64,000 nt of DNA, from contig CAXXLF010000002.1 of assembly GCA_963664015.2 (NCBI GenBank), positions 736,001 through 800,000 on the forward strand, given 5' to 3'. The position numbers and the translations under genes were made by a program. The stretch comes from Candidatus Binatia bacterium. Lineage in GTDB: Bacteria > Desulfobacterota > Binatia > UBA9968 > CAXXLF01. Every line of letters starts with the position of its first letter. Positions within the stretch are counted from its first letter, which is position 1. Below are positions 50,484 through 61,008 of the stretch, one piece after another. Below the pieces are notes generated by a model. That model saw only the letters and a list, made by a program, of their open reading frames with translations. It ran no database searches and was not told the origin of the DNA.

Positions 50484-51548
50484 TCAATGTGGCGGCAAGG
50501 GACCGGCTCCGGCAAATTTCTTGTAGAGTTGCGCCATCTCCGGGTCCGTTGGTAGATTAAGGATAGCCTTAGACTGCTCCTCCGGCATCAGAGGGGTGGC
50601 CTCGGCACCGGTCAGTTTTTTGTACTCCTTCAAGAAACCGGGATCTTGGTATACCTTACGGAAGGCCTCGCTTAGGATCTTCACACGGTCCGGAGGAGTG
50701 CCCGGGGGAAGGAAGTATGGGGACCCGGCCAGCCTGAACGTCCGGTACATACCAATAATTTTTTTCTCCCTATCGTTCCGGGCAAAACTTTCAAGCGAAG
50801 GCAATGGATTGAAGACAGGGTGTCGCGTACGGTGCCCCCTTGGAATCTCCAAAATGGCATGAAAATAGGTAAGCTTGTCAGTGATCCATTCGGGGCTACG
50901 CTGCAGGATCGTATCGGGGAGATTGATTCTAGCGTCGATCTCACCACTCAACAGGGCAATATCCATTTCCGGGCCTCTTGTATAACCGGTAACAAACCTG
51001 GGCTCTTTTAAATTCATAAGCCAGGCAAAGATTCTCGCATTGATGTACAGATCGTGCCCGACTCCCAAGGACCCGATCCTGAGTCCGGTTGCAGCTTGCA
51101 GTTTTTCCAACGTATCCAAGCCGGTTTTGCTGCTAACGGCCAATACGTAATTCGTTTTGCTGTTAGCGCTACCCAAATAGATAAACTTATCGTAATCGTA
51201 TCGCACGCCGCGGGTGCGCAAATAACCATTCGTTAACAGCGCACCGCCAACATTCCCAATAGTAAGCCCATCGGGCCGGGCCCTGGAAAAGAGATAGTTT
51301 CCCACCAATCGACCGCCACCGCCCGGCATGTATTTGATCAATATGGTGGGATTCCCTGGAATATACTTTGGCAGAAAAGGCATGATCGCTCGGACCCGCA
51401 TGTCACCTGTACCGCCTGCCCCTCTGCCGCTAATAAGAGTAACGATCTTACCTTTAAACGGAGACGATTGGGAATAAATTGTCCCTGGTAAAACCAGAAA
51501 TGCTACAAGGCTCAGGATCAATGCACCTAAAGATACTCTCGTTTCCAT
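50484..51548 (-). CDS. Tripartite tricarboxylate transporter substrate-binding protein (TctC/Bug-like)
   Basis: Signal peptide; GGTGD..R, IPGNP, MPGGGG, PDGLTIG, VTGY, PPGTP..RV..L..AF. Confidence 0.88.
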   Translation of the reverse strand: METRVSLGALILSLVAFLVLPGTIYSQSSPFKGKIVTLISGRGAGGTGDMRVRAIMPFLPKYIPGNPTILIKYMPGGGGRLVGNYLFSRARPDGLTIGNVGGALLTNGYLRTRGVRYDYDKFIYLGSANSKTNYVLAVSSKTGLDTLEKLQAATGLRIGSLGVGHDLYINARIFAWLMNLKEPRFVTGYTRGPEMDIALLSGEIDARINLPDTILQRSPEWITDKLTYFHAILEIPRGHRTRHPVFNPLPSLESFARNDREKKIIGMYRTFRLAGSPYFLPPGTPPDRVKILSEAFRKVYQDPGFLKEYKKLTGAEATPLMPEEQSKAILNLPTDPEMAQLYKKFAGAGPLPPH

Positions 51549-51598
51549 AAGAACCTCCCATAAACAGAATTGACGAATAAGACGACTGTCACTAGTCT

Positions 51599-52687
51599 CT
51601 ACCCTCCGCCGGCAAGAGTAAGAGGCGCCTTGACGACCAGGGAAGAATCGATGCTCCCAATGTTCGGCCGACCACACTTGGCCATAGTAATCTCTATTTC
51701 ATCACGCAAGATGTTCAAAACACGTTCCACTCCTCGCTGCCCATCCAAGGCGAGCCCCCAAAAGAGAGGACGGCCGATGCAGACCGCTTTGGCACCCAGG
51801 GCCAGTGCTTTGACCACGTCGGCGCCGCGCCGGATCCCTCCATCGAGCAAAACCTCAACGCGCCCCTTGGCCGCGTCCACGACTTCGGGGAGGACCTCAA
51901 TCGTCGCGAGGGTGTTGTCGATACCCCGGCCGCCGTGATTTGAAACAATAACGGCGTCCATCCCAACATCAGCGCATAAGGCTGCGTCTTCACCGGTCAT
52001 GATTCCTTTGGCAATCACCGGCAGGTCGGTTAGGGATTTGATCCACTCCAGATCTTTCCAGGTGGCCGCGGGGTCACCGCCGCGAGTCCTGATGTGGGAG
52101 TCGACCTTACCCGTCTCTTCCGACACCGCACCAGGATAATTAACTCCACCCTTTCTCACATAGTTATTGCGAATATTGCGCTCCCGTTTGGGCGGCCATG
52201 CCGAGTCGACGGTTACGCAAATGGCCGCGTAACCCGCCTCCTTCCCACGTTGGATCCAGTCCTTTGCCATTTCCTTGTCACGGAAGGGGTACATCTGGAG
52301 CCACAAGGGTCCTGCCGCCACTCCCGCTAGATCATCGAAGGTGATGTTCGAATTGGCACTGACTGCCATGACGGTCCCGCACGCCGCGGCCGCTTTATAG
52401 GTGGCGGCTTCGCCTTCAGGGTGAGCCTTCTTATGGCCCCCCGCAGGAGCAATCAATATGGGGAAGCTCACCTTGGTACCAAGGACCGTCGTACTCAGGT
52501 CCGGATGGCTCACCCCGCACAGGACCCGCGGCCGCAGGGCAAGAGACTCGAAAGCGCTGCGGTTGCGCCGTACGCTGATCTCATCAGTCGCACCGCCGGC
52601 AATGTAGTCGTACTCCAACAGCGGCAACCGCTCTTTGGCGATGGGCTCGAACTCGAAGAGATTTATGGGGCCAGGACCTGTAATCAT
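51599..52687 (-). CDS. FMN-dependent alpha-hydroxy-acid oxidase/dehydrogenase
   Basis: DYIAGGA.DE, RPRVL, WLQMY, TVD, KG, SNHGGR, DGGIRRG.DV.KALALGA. Confidence 0.95.
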   Translation of the reverse strand: MITGPGPINLFEFEPIAKERLPLLEYDYIAGGATDEISVRRNRSAFESLALRPRVLCGVSHPDLSTTVLGTKVSFPILIAPAGGHKKAHPEGEAATYKAAAACGTVMAVSANSNITFDDLAGVAAGPLWLQMYPFRDKEMAKDWIQRGKEAGYAAICVTVDSAWPPKRERNIRNNYVRKGGVNYPGAVSEETGKVDSHIRTRGGDPAATWKDLEWIKSLTDLPVIAKGIMTGEDAALCADVGMDAVIVSNHGGRGIDNTLATIEVLPEVVDAAKGRVEVLLDGGIRRGADVVKALALGAKAVCIGRPLFWGLALDGQRGVERVLNILRDEIEITMAKCGRPNIGSIDSSLVVKAPLTLAGGG

Positions 52688-52733
52688 GAAGCCTCCATCG
52701 GTTTACGTCCTTGGTCTTCTGCGAAAGCGGATA
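52687..52733. repeat. Degenerate copy of the REP-like element abutting a start codon
   Basis: TGAAGCCTCCATCGGTTTACGTCCTTGGTCTTCTGCGAAAGCGGATA resembles both ends of 39020-39222. Confidence 0.55.
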
Positions 52734-52749
52734 AGATTGGGCAACCGGA

Positions 52750-53097
52750 TTACTCTTTCAAAGACACATGGGGACCACCAAAGGCTTCCGAGCGGTTGCC
52801 GAAGAGCAGTAGCGGACCCATCCCCACGTTGGTGATCTGGTAGTTTTCCTTGGCTCCAAAGAAGGCAACCTCGTTCTTCTCGACCACTCGTTCTTCACCC
52901 TTGGCGCCTTTCACCAATGCCTTCCCTTCTACCACTAGGAAGGATTCGGGAGAAGCATGGGAGTGCATATCGGTACCGTCCCCCGGCTGAAAGCAAAGGA
53001 TCCAAGAGCGAAAGTTGTCAGTACCAAAAAGGTTAAGCTTACTCTTGTTTGTCTTGAGGGCTTCATCCTTCTTGTTTGTGAGACTGGCAAAATCCAT
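52750..53097 (-). CDS. Small cupin protein
   Basis: GGAGGA RBS; FQPGDGT.MHSH..PESFLVVEG. Confidence 0.85.
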   Translation of the reverse strand: MDFASLTNKKDEALKTNKSKLNLFGTDNFRSWILCFQPGDGTDMHSHASPESFLVVEGKALVKGAKGEERVVEKNEVAFFGAKENYQITNVGMGPLLLFGNRSEAFGGPHVSLKE

Positions 53098-53219
53098 TGG
53101 AGTCCTCCTGTCTTTTCGTTGGTTGCAGTATTTGCAATTACGGGCCGTTTTCGCGAAACCGGTGGTACAGGCGCTGTAGTCTAGCCCAGCTGCTTTTCGC
53201 TTGTCAATCGGCCCTATAT

Positions 53220-54086
53220 TTAGGGCTTTTTGAGGGTTCCCTCGTAATATCTCCACAGCATCTCGGAGAACCGGTAACCTTCCTTGTTCTGCAATTTTGC
53301 CATATTGCTTACAGCGTTAACCGTCGAGAGGATCGGCGTGGGGATCTCTTTGGCCCCTGCGAGCTCGACTCCGTGATAGAGGTCCTTGGCCACCCAACTG
53401 GGACTCGTTTCGAGCCGCCCATCGAGTATTTCCTTAAGCTGATTCACTCGGCGTGGGCCACGGCTGCTGATGATTTCGAGAAAGCCATCTTTTGTAATCC
53501 CATTACTCATACACCAGGCGAGGACCTCATAGGTTACGGCCGTCTCAGTGGCGTTGAGCATGGCGCCGGCAATCTTGAGCAGCTTGGCCGCTCCTAAATC
53601 ACCCACATAAGTGGCTTTATTTCCTATGGTAGTAAAAATAGGCTCGCACTCTTGAACCGTCTCCCGTTTTCCCGCGGTTAGAAATCCCAGTTCCTTCGAC
53701 TCAATGGTATAGGGTCGTCCTCTGAGCGCAGCCTCCACGTATCTGCCGCCACCACCTTCAACCTTCTGGGCAAGGCGAATGCTCGTCTCATGGTCGATGC
53801 TGCTGCATTCGATGAGGATGGCTCCCTTTTTCAATCCGGCAATAACCCCACCCTCACCCAGAACCGCCTCCTCCACCACCTTGGGGTAGGTAAGAACCGT
53901 CATCACCACATCCGATTGAGACGCCAGATCCTTGGCGCTTACGGACTTCCTAGCGCCGGCCTGAGAGAGGATATCCATCTGTTTCTGATCAATGTCAAAG
54001 ACCTGTACCGGGTATCCTCCTTTCAAGAGGTTCCTGGCCATGGGCGCACCCATTTCTCCGATACCAACCAGTCCGACAGTCACCAT
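53220..54086 (-). CDS. Beta-hydroxyacid (3-hydroxyisobutyrate) dehydrogenase-like protein, copy A
   Basis: GLVGIGEMGAPMA, IECSSID, KLLK. Confidence 0.88.
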   Translation of the reverse strand: MVTVGLVGIGEMGAPMARNLLKGGYPVQVFDIDQKQMDILSQAGARKSVSAKDLASQSDVVMTVLTYPKVVEEAVLGEGGVIAGLKKGAILIECSSIDHETSIRLAQKVEGGGGRYVEAALRGRPYTIESKELGFLTAGKRETVQECEPIFTTIGNKATYVGDLGAAKLLKIAGAMLNATETAVTYEVLAWCMSNGITKDGFLEIISSRGPRRVNQLKEILDGRLETSPSWVAKDLYHGVELAGAKEIPTPILSTVNAVSNMAKLQNKEGYRFSEMLWRYYEGTLKKP

Positions 54087-54180
54087 GGGATCATCCCCCT
54101 TCTTCTATGACTTCTATTCGGGCGTCAACAGACACGAAAAGTCCCTGAGGGGTCACAAGACGGAATTATTTTAGCTTTGT

Positions 54181-55050
54181 CTATCCTTTTTTTCGCGCTC
54201 GCTCGTAGAACTTCCACATCATACCGCCAAAGCTGTAGCCCTCCCGGTTTTGCGCCTTGGCGAGATTGATCAGCGAATTCACCGTGGCTAAAAGCGGAGT
54301 CGGGATGTCTTTGTCTTCTCCGTACTTCAACCCGTGGTAGACGTCTTTGGCCGTCCAACTGGGATGGGTATCAAGTCCCGTCCCTTTCATTAGACGCTCC
54401 AGATTCGCGGCCCGATCCGGTCGACGTTCCCTAAGCAATTCCAGAAAGCCTTCCTGGGATATCTTGTTGCCCAGACACCAGGTTAGGGCTTCATACGTGA
54501 TGATCGTCTCCGTAGCATTGAACATGGCATTGGCGATCTTGAGGAGTTTGGCCGTACCCAATTCACCCGCGTAGAGGTTTTTCTTCCCGATAGCCAGAAA
54601 AATCGGCTCACATTCCTGAACCAACTCCTTCTTCCCTGCGGACAAGAATAGGAGGTTGTGCGCCTCAATCTCAAAGGGCCGTCCCATGAGCGCTGCCTCC
54701 ACATACCGGCAGCCCGTGGCCTCGACCTTGCCACCGATACGGATGCTCGTCTCATGATCGATGCTACTGCATTCGATGAGCATGGCTCCCTTTTTTAACC
54801 CGGCAAGGACCCCACCCTCACCCAAAACCGCCTCCTCTACCACATTGGGCCAGGTCAATACCGTGAGGACCACGTCCGATTGAGACGCCAGATCCTTAGC
54901 GCTTGCGGACTTCTTAGCACCGGCCTGGGCCAGGTTGTCCATTTGTTTTTCATCGATATCGTAGACACTGACCGGATACCCGGCCGCCAACAAATTCTTC
55001 GCCATGGGTGTCCCCATGTGTCCGACTCCAATAATACCTATGTTAATCAT
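54181..55050 (-). CDS. Beta-hydroxyacid dehydrogenase-like protein, copy B
   Basis: GIIGVGHMGTPMA, IECSSID, KLLKIAN; paralog of copy A. Confidence 0.88.
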   Translation of the reverse strand: MINIGIIGVGHMGTPMAKNLLAAGYPVSVYDIDEKQMDNLAQAGAKKSASAKDLASQSDVVLTVLTWPNVVEEAVLGEGGVLAGLKKGAMLIECSSIDHETSIRIGGKVEATGCRYVEAALMGRPFEIEAHNLLFLSAGKKELVQECEPIFLAIGKKNLYAGELGTAKLLKIANAMFNATETIITYEALTWCLGNKISQEGFLELLRERRPDRAANLERLMKGTGLDTHPSWTAKDVYHGLKYGEDKDIPTPLLATVNSLINLAKAQNREGYSFGGMMWKFYERARKKG

Positions 55051-55353
55051 CTCATTCTCCTTCCTCGCGTTCAGACGCCTTAACCCAAGTCGTTCCCTAT
55101 AACCGGCCAGTAGTCTATTCCCAGCCTTGCAAATTTGTCAATTCATCGCAGCCGGTTATAAAGAGGCCCAACTATTGGCCCTCGTCTCAGACTTGTCAAT
55201 GGCTTGACGTCATACCGTCAAGCAGAGACGAGCCTGGATCGTGGAAATCGTCGCCCACTGTCACAAGATCCAAGCCGTGGGATTTAAAAACCATTGGGCT
55301 GGACGAGATGATTTTTCTCATCCAAGGGTCAATTGGACCCCCATCCTGATAAG

Positions 55354-55382
55354 TTGACACTCTTGCCCCCCTCGGCTATGGA
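55354..55382 (+). promoter_or_regulatory. Putative sigma70 promoter of the third UbiD gene
   Basis: TTGACA-17 bp-TATGGA. Confidence 0.4.
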
Positions 55383-55438
55383 ATACCCTTGCTGGCAGAA
55401 CCACGGCCGTCTATTTCCATTCGAGGAGCATCCTGTTT

Positions 55439-57049
55439 ATGGCATATCCTGACATTCATCAGCACCTTAAGAATCTCGAGGCCGCAGGTTTACTGCGCCG
55501 TATCACCCGTCCCATCAATAAAGACACGGAGCTCCACCCCCTGGTTCGCTGGCAGTATCGTGGCGGCATCCCGGAAGAGGAACGCAAGGCTTGGTTGTTC
55601 GAGAACGTCATCGACGCCAAAGGCCGTCGTTACAATTTCCCCGTGACCGTGGGTGCCCTGGCGGGGAACAAGGACATCTACTTTATGGGTATGGGATGCA
55701 AGACGGTGGAGGAAATGGACGAGAAATGGAAGACGGCCCTTTCCCAACCCGTTGCCCCAACCGTCGTCATGGAAGCGCCCTGTCAGGAGGAAGTCCACCT
55801 GGGTGAAGAGCTGAAGCAACCCGGCCTGGGGTTGGACGAATTTCCCGTCCCCGTTTCAACGCCTGGATTCGACAACGGTCCCTACACAACCTGCTCCCAC
55901 TGGATCACCCGGGACCCGGATACGGGGATCCAGAATATCGGTAACTACCGCGGGCAGATTAAATCGCAGACACGAATCGGCGTCTTTCCCTCGGGATTGG
56001 GTCAGGACATCTACGTTCACTGGAAAAAGGCACAGGCCAAGGGAGAGCATTTACCGGCCGCGTTGGTTTTAGGAGCTCCACCGGTCGTTTCCTATGTGGC
56101 GGTGCAAAAGGTGCCCTACGGGGTCGACGAGATCGCTGTGGCCGGGGGACTGGTCAACGAACCGATTCGAATGGTCAAATGCAAGACCGTGGATCTCCTG
56201 GTCCCCGCGGAGGCGGAGATCGTCATCGAGGGCTACGTGAATACGGAGTGGATCGAACCCGAGGGCCCCTTCGGCGAGTCCCACGGCTACATGCACCCGC
56301 GCCAATTGAACCCGTTTATGGAGCTGACGGCTGTCACCCATCGGAAAAACGCCGTCTACGTTTCATGGATAAGCCAGGTGACACCCAGCGAGTCCTCCTG
56401 CATGCGGAAGATCGGTTACGACCGTCTCATGCTCGTTCACCTGCGTGACCAGTGCCGTATCCCCAGCGTGCTCCGGGTAGAAATGCACGAACCCCTCACC
56501 AACACGTATAAACTCGTGATCGTCCAGATGCGCAAGCCCAATGAAGCAGAGGTCTGGCGCGCGCTACACGCTGCATGCTCCTTTCACCCGGGCGTCGGCA
56601 AGATCGTCGTTGCAGTGGACGAGGATATCGATCCCTCCAATGAAGCGGCCGTGTTCTGGGCCATGTGCTACCGAATGAAACCGGACCGGGACGTCCATAT
56701 TGTCAGCGGGATGGAAAAGGGTCACGCCCCTCCGTTTCTTTACAAAGACGAACAGCGCGGAACCGACGTGGTTTCCTACCACCTGCCGGCGGATGAGTCG
56801 GCTATGCTATGCAATGCGATTCTGAAAGAACCCTTCCCGCCCATTTCTCTGCCGAAAAAGGAATACATGGAGCATGCCCGTATGCTTTGGGAAGAGATGG
56901 GCCTGCCCAAATTGCGGCCCGAGTCACCGTGGTACGGCTATTCACTCGGTCAATGGGACGAGGAACTGGATGAAGAGGCCCGACTTGCGGTCCTAGGGCG
57001 CTACTATGAGACTGGCGAGAAGCTGGCCAAAGGGCGCGTGAAGGCCTGA
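55439..57049 (+). CDS. UbiD-family (de)carboxylase (subfamily distinct from the tandem pair)
   Basis: PGFDNGPY, NIGNYR, VPAEAEIVIEG, EGPFGESHGY, VDEDIDP. Confidence 0.93.
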   Translation: MAYPDIHQHLKNLEAAGLLRRITRPINKDTELHPLVRWQYRGGIPEEERKAWLFENVIDAKGRRYNFPVTVGALAGNKDIYFMGMGCKTVEEMDEKWKTALSQPVAPTVVMEAPCQEEVHLGEELKQPGLGLDEFPVPVSTPGFDNGPYTTCSHWITRDPDTGIQNIGNYRGQIKSQTRIGVFPSGLGQDIYVHWKKAQAKGEHLPAALVLGAPPVVSYVAVQKVPYGVDEIAVAGGLVNEPIRMVKCKTVDLLVPAEAEIVIEGYVNTEWIEPEGPFGESHGYMHPRQLNPFMELTAVTHRKNAVYVSWISQVTPSESSCMRKIGYDRLMLVHLRDQCRIPSVLRVEMHEPLTNTYKLVIVQMRKPNEAEVWRALHAACSFHPGVGKIVVAVDEDIDPSNEAAVFWAMCYRMKPDRDVHIVSGMEKGHAPPFLYKDEQRGTDVVSYHLPADESAMLCNAILKEPFPPISLPKKEYMEHARMLWEEMGLPKLRPESPWYGYSLGQWDEELDEEARLAVLGRYYETGEKLAKGRVKA

Positions 57050-57069
57050 AAGGCGCCTTGCGCCTTATC

Positions 57070-58218
57070 TCAGACAGACGTCGTAGCCGCCACACCCGTG
57101 TTGCCGACGGCGTGCAACCTGGGAATCAGCTCGCTCCCTATCAAACGGACATTGCGAAGGGCGACGTCCTGGGGCATGGCACCCATGCGCACGATGCCCA
57201 GCAAGGTTCCGAAGCCTCCGACTTCTTCATACTGCTCCATCAACTGATTGAAGACCTGATCCGGCGTACCAACCAAAACTAATCCGTCCTCACGCAGCTT
57301 TTCAAAGGGTGCAGTGTGAAACGGATAGGGCGGCTTGACACTTTTGGCATCGAGTTCCGGGTTCATTTCTACTATCCTGGTGATTGCCGCCTCATTGATC
57401 TCTCCCAACAGGTTGTGAAAATAATACTCAAGGTTGGGTTTACACAGCTTTTCAGCCTCCTTCTCAGTCTCCGCGACATAGATATGGCGTCCGTAGACAA
57501 TATCGTCATCGGTCACAATCCGGCCGCACTTTGCGGCGCTGTCGCGAAAAAGCTTTAGCTGGTCCTTGACCCGAACCGTCGGGAGGAAATTAACGCAAAG
57601 GGATACACCGGCGCGACGTGCCACGGTTCGTATCGGCTCGGCAGTCGTCGCCCCCACCCACACGGGAGGATGAGGCCTCTGATAAGGACGGGGCCACATA
57701 TCGACGTCCTTGTAGCTGAAGAATCGACCCTGGTGGCTAAAAATTTCACTGGTCCAGGCGTTCAAAATCACATCCAAGGCCTCTTCAAAACGGGCCCGGG
57801 ACTCTTTCAGGGGAACCGGTAGGATCAGATACTCACGCGGGATGCCACGCACAAATCCCGCAATGATGCGCCCTCTGGTCATAATGTCCAGCATGGCTAG
57901 CTCTTCGGCCACCCGAAGTGGATGCCCGTGGATAGGCAAAAGATTACCCGCCATGGCAAGCTTGAGGCGCTGAGTATGAGCAGCGATGTAGGCTAGTAAG
58001 ACGTTGGGCGAGTTATCCAGGCTATAGGGGCTGCCATGGTGCTCATTGAGAGTGATCCCGTCGAAACCAAGCTCTTCGCACAGTTGGAATTGTTCTACGT
58101 GGTCCTGATAGGTCCGGTAGGCTATTTCACGATCGAACTGAGCCCTGCCAACGGGGTAACCCAGGTGCCCTGTCAGATCTTTCCCGTAAGGAACGAAATC
58201 AAATGAAAAAACTTTCAT
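57070..58218 (-). CDS. LLM-class flavin-dependent oxidoreductase
   Basis: ELGFD.I.LNEHH, SPN, HPLRVAEELAMLD, GFVRG, WPRPYQRPHPPVW. Confidence 0.92.
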   Translation of the reverse strand: MKVFSFDFVPYGKDLTGHLGYPVGRAQFDREIAYRTYQDHVEQFQLCEELGFDGITLNEHHGSPYSLDNSPNVLLAYIAAHTQRLKLAMAGNLLPIHGHPLRVAEELAMLDIMTRGRIIAGFVRGIPREYLILPVPLKESRARFEEALDVILNAWTSEIFSHQGRFFSYKDVDMWPRPYQRPHPPVWVGATTAEPIRTVARRAGVSLCVNFLPTVRVKDQLKLFRDSAAKCGRIVTDDDIVYGRHIYVAETEKEAEKLCKPNLEYYFHNLLGEINEAAITRIVEMNPELDAKSVKPPYPFHTAPFEKLREDGLVLVGTPDQVFNQLMEQYEEVGGFGTLLGIVRMGAMPQDVALRNVRLIGSELIPRLHAVGNTGVAATTSV

Positions 58219-58580
58219 CCTGGCTTATCCTTTTCAAAAATACGACGGGCGATTTGACACCCTAGCGCAATTCCTTCAGGATGCCAACTTGCCCAACTTA
58301 AAATGATGAGCAGGGCGAGACCTTCATCGGGGCTCCTGGAACCGTTGGATAAGCTCCCCTAATGGTCCCTGCTCACGGGGTGGAGTTCGGACCACACGCC
58401 GCAGTTTCCCCATTCATGAGAAGAAAGGGATGCCCACAATCCCAAAGGCGCAAAAGATTCCCCGAAGCCCCGGCAAAAAGCCCGTTCAATGCAGGCCAGT
58501 GGTTGCGCTTGATGTAGGCATGTTCCTAGCGTTGAGGTTGCGTGGCAACCATGTAGCTTGCAGGCTATGGAGGAAGGACC

Positions 58581-58925
58581 ATGGACACAATCAAGCTCGG
58601 GATCTATCAAGACATGCTGCTCCGACGGAGGCGCGGAACGCTTAGCTGCCTAAAGCGTCTGGAAGAAGAAATCGCCACGTTGATGCAGGAAAGACAGCTT
58701 GCCTGGATCGATCAGGCCGTGGACGAAACTGAGATCCACCTCGTGGACCGTCTCAACGAGGAACATACTCGGGAGTTGGGCCGCGTCCAAGCGGCGCTGG
58801 ACAGGATCCATACCGGAATATACGGCGTATACCGAGCCTGCCACCAATCCATAGATAAAAGGCGCCTGGCGGACTTTTGTTCAGCCTGCCAGGACACCAG
58901 AGAGGCCTTGGAACGGGTTCACTAG
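58581..58925 (+). pseudogene. TraR/DksA C4-zinc-finger family protein, degenerate
   Basis: AALDRI..G.YG.YRAC..SI...RL.DFCSACQ; first Cys appears as Tyr and the linker after RRL is shortened. Confidence 0.6.
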
Positions 58926-59338
58926 GACCTGCGGCGGATAACCACAGGACCTGTATTTCCCGTTCCACCTTACGGCTTACCGCACAACGGACGCCCCTAC
59001 CCCCTGGAGAGCAAGACAACCTCGTTCGACGTCCTCCCTAAACCTCCCCGTATAGACACCCAGCCAGAAGATTGATAGTTTCCCTCTTGCCAATAATTAT
59101 ATTTCTTTTTTGAGTCTGGGGTCCGACTAATGGCGACGGGAATCGTTTGTTGGGGGGCCAAAGATGAGCGAGTATCCACACCAGCCGCAATTTCAGCTCC
59201 CTGCAAGGCGTGCTGGTTTTTTTGCCCAGTGGGGGAAGCAACCTGTAACTCGGTGGGTATCAGAATGTAGTAAGAAAGGAGGACCAGCGAACAAGCGTTA
59301 ACCCTTTGCTTCATATGGCCGAAAAGGAGGTAATCACT

Positions 59339-60112
59339 ATGGCTATCATTACAATTTTCGGAGGTGAATTCACTGGCGGCGAAGCGCTAGCCGAGGACGT
59401 CAGCAAAACTCTAGGGTACCGGTCCGTGGGCCACGAACAGCTTGGCAAGACCATCCTGTCTTACGGCAAACCCGAGGCTAAACTCAATGATGTCTTGGGA
59501 AGCGATCCCCATTGGTGCGACCGATGGATACAGAACCTACTCCCCTATCGGATTGCCATACAGGCGGCCATGTGCGAGGTCGCCTAAGAGGGGAACGTGG
59601 TCTACTACGGGCACCTGGGCCACGAATTCTTACCGGGCATCAATCATGTGTTAATGACGCTTCTTACGGCTCCCATGGGACTCCGTATCGAAAATTGCCG
59701 AAAGCAGCGCGGCATTGATGAAACCGCCGCACGCCGTTATATCGATCACGTGGACAAGGCCCGGACACGCCGTCCCATGGCGTTGTATGGCGCCGACTGG
59801 AGAAATCCCACACGATACGCTCTGGTCCTTAACCTGGGACAAATGAGCCTGGATGCTGCGAAGCAGGCCATCGTCGAAATGGCCCGACTCAAGGAGTATC
59901 AGCCAACGCCTGCTTCTCGAGAGGCCCTGCAAAATCTAACCCTCACGTCACGGACTCAGACCACGTTAGCGATGTCTTCAAACTCGCAAAAGCTTCCTGT
60001 CGACGTGCGGGCCAAACAAGGGGTCGTCACGGTGACGGGGAACACAAAGGTTCTATCCGTCTTAAAGCATATCCCTGTCAGGAACGGGCAGGAGTTATCT
60101 TTGCCTATTTAG
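59339..60112 (+). pseudogene. Cytidylate-kinase-like family protein with probable BON tail; nonsense codon, 3' end fused to the next remnant
   Basis: MAIITI...GG..LA...LGY; in-frame TAA 59585-59587; continues VYYGH.GH, D..R......YG.DW..P..Y.LVLN. Confidence 0.8.
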
Positions 60113-61008
60113 GACCTGGGGAGCCACCCCTGCTGCCCAATTATGAGTTCCTGATCGTTCCCGAGGCGCAACGGACCGTTTCAAAGATCTTTTACGACTG
60201 CAACTATCTGCAAGGGAATGAAGGCAACATCGACCCGGTTCACCTGTCTTTTTTGCACCGCAACCTTCAGGAGACAGAGCGGGATAGAAGCAGGCGAGTT
60301 TCAGGAGGGACTCAATCTACCAACACCCTATTGGGAGTCGACACCGCTCTAACCATCGAACTCGAATTAACAAATTTTGGAATTCGAATTTACTCGGTCC
60401 GAAAGGCGGGACCCGATCAGCACTATCTTCGAGTAACCAATTTTATCCTTCCTAACCTCGCTGCGTTCGGAGGACCCACAGGGAACCAGGGATACTAGGT
60501 GAACTGGCATGTTTCAATCAATGATACGCAGCACTGGAGATACGCCTTGGTCTTTAGAAGAAACGGCCCCTTGGAACTACCCGCAAGAGGAGGACCAGAG
60601 AATACACCGGATTATAAGTCGATCCGCGACAAAACCAACCGGTACCTGCAGGACCGGGACACTACGAAAGCCATCAGTTTTACCGGTTTGGGCTACAATT
60701 TTTCAGATCAGGACAGATGTGTTATAGAGGGGGCTGGTTTCATACAAGATCGCACCAAGGAGATGATCCTTTCTTCGGATAAAGTTATTGTAACGGCGCG
60801 TAAGCTCTTACTAAATGCCATTAAAGACATTCAAGCGGGGCGGGAGGCACCCCACGTCATCCGGGACCCCGAATTGAATCGCTTCCCACAAATAGCGGTC
60901 ATCAATGAAGTGATTTCCACCAGTGCCGATTGGAGAGAGCATACCCAAAAGGCCGAATCCAGGGTCAGAGTGTATGGGGGCACAGATCAACTGCAGGAAG
61001 GAACTTGA
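60052..61008 (+). pseudogene. Rieske oxygenase alpha subunit (phthalate-dioxygenase-like) remnant lacking its Rieske domain
   Basis: Own translation SIRLKAYPCQERAGVIFAYLGPGEPPLLP...CNYLQGNEGNIDPVHLSFLH; in-frame TAG 60496-60498; QDR, SSDK..V.ARK; no CxH..CxxH upstream. Confidence 0.85.

Noticed and set aside
58260-59300. Additional genes around the TraR/DksA-like ORF
   Set aside because: Only short frames without recognisable motifs; cannot be supported
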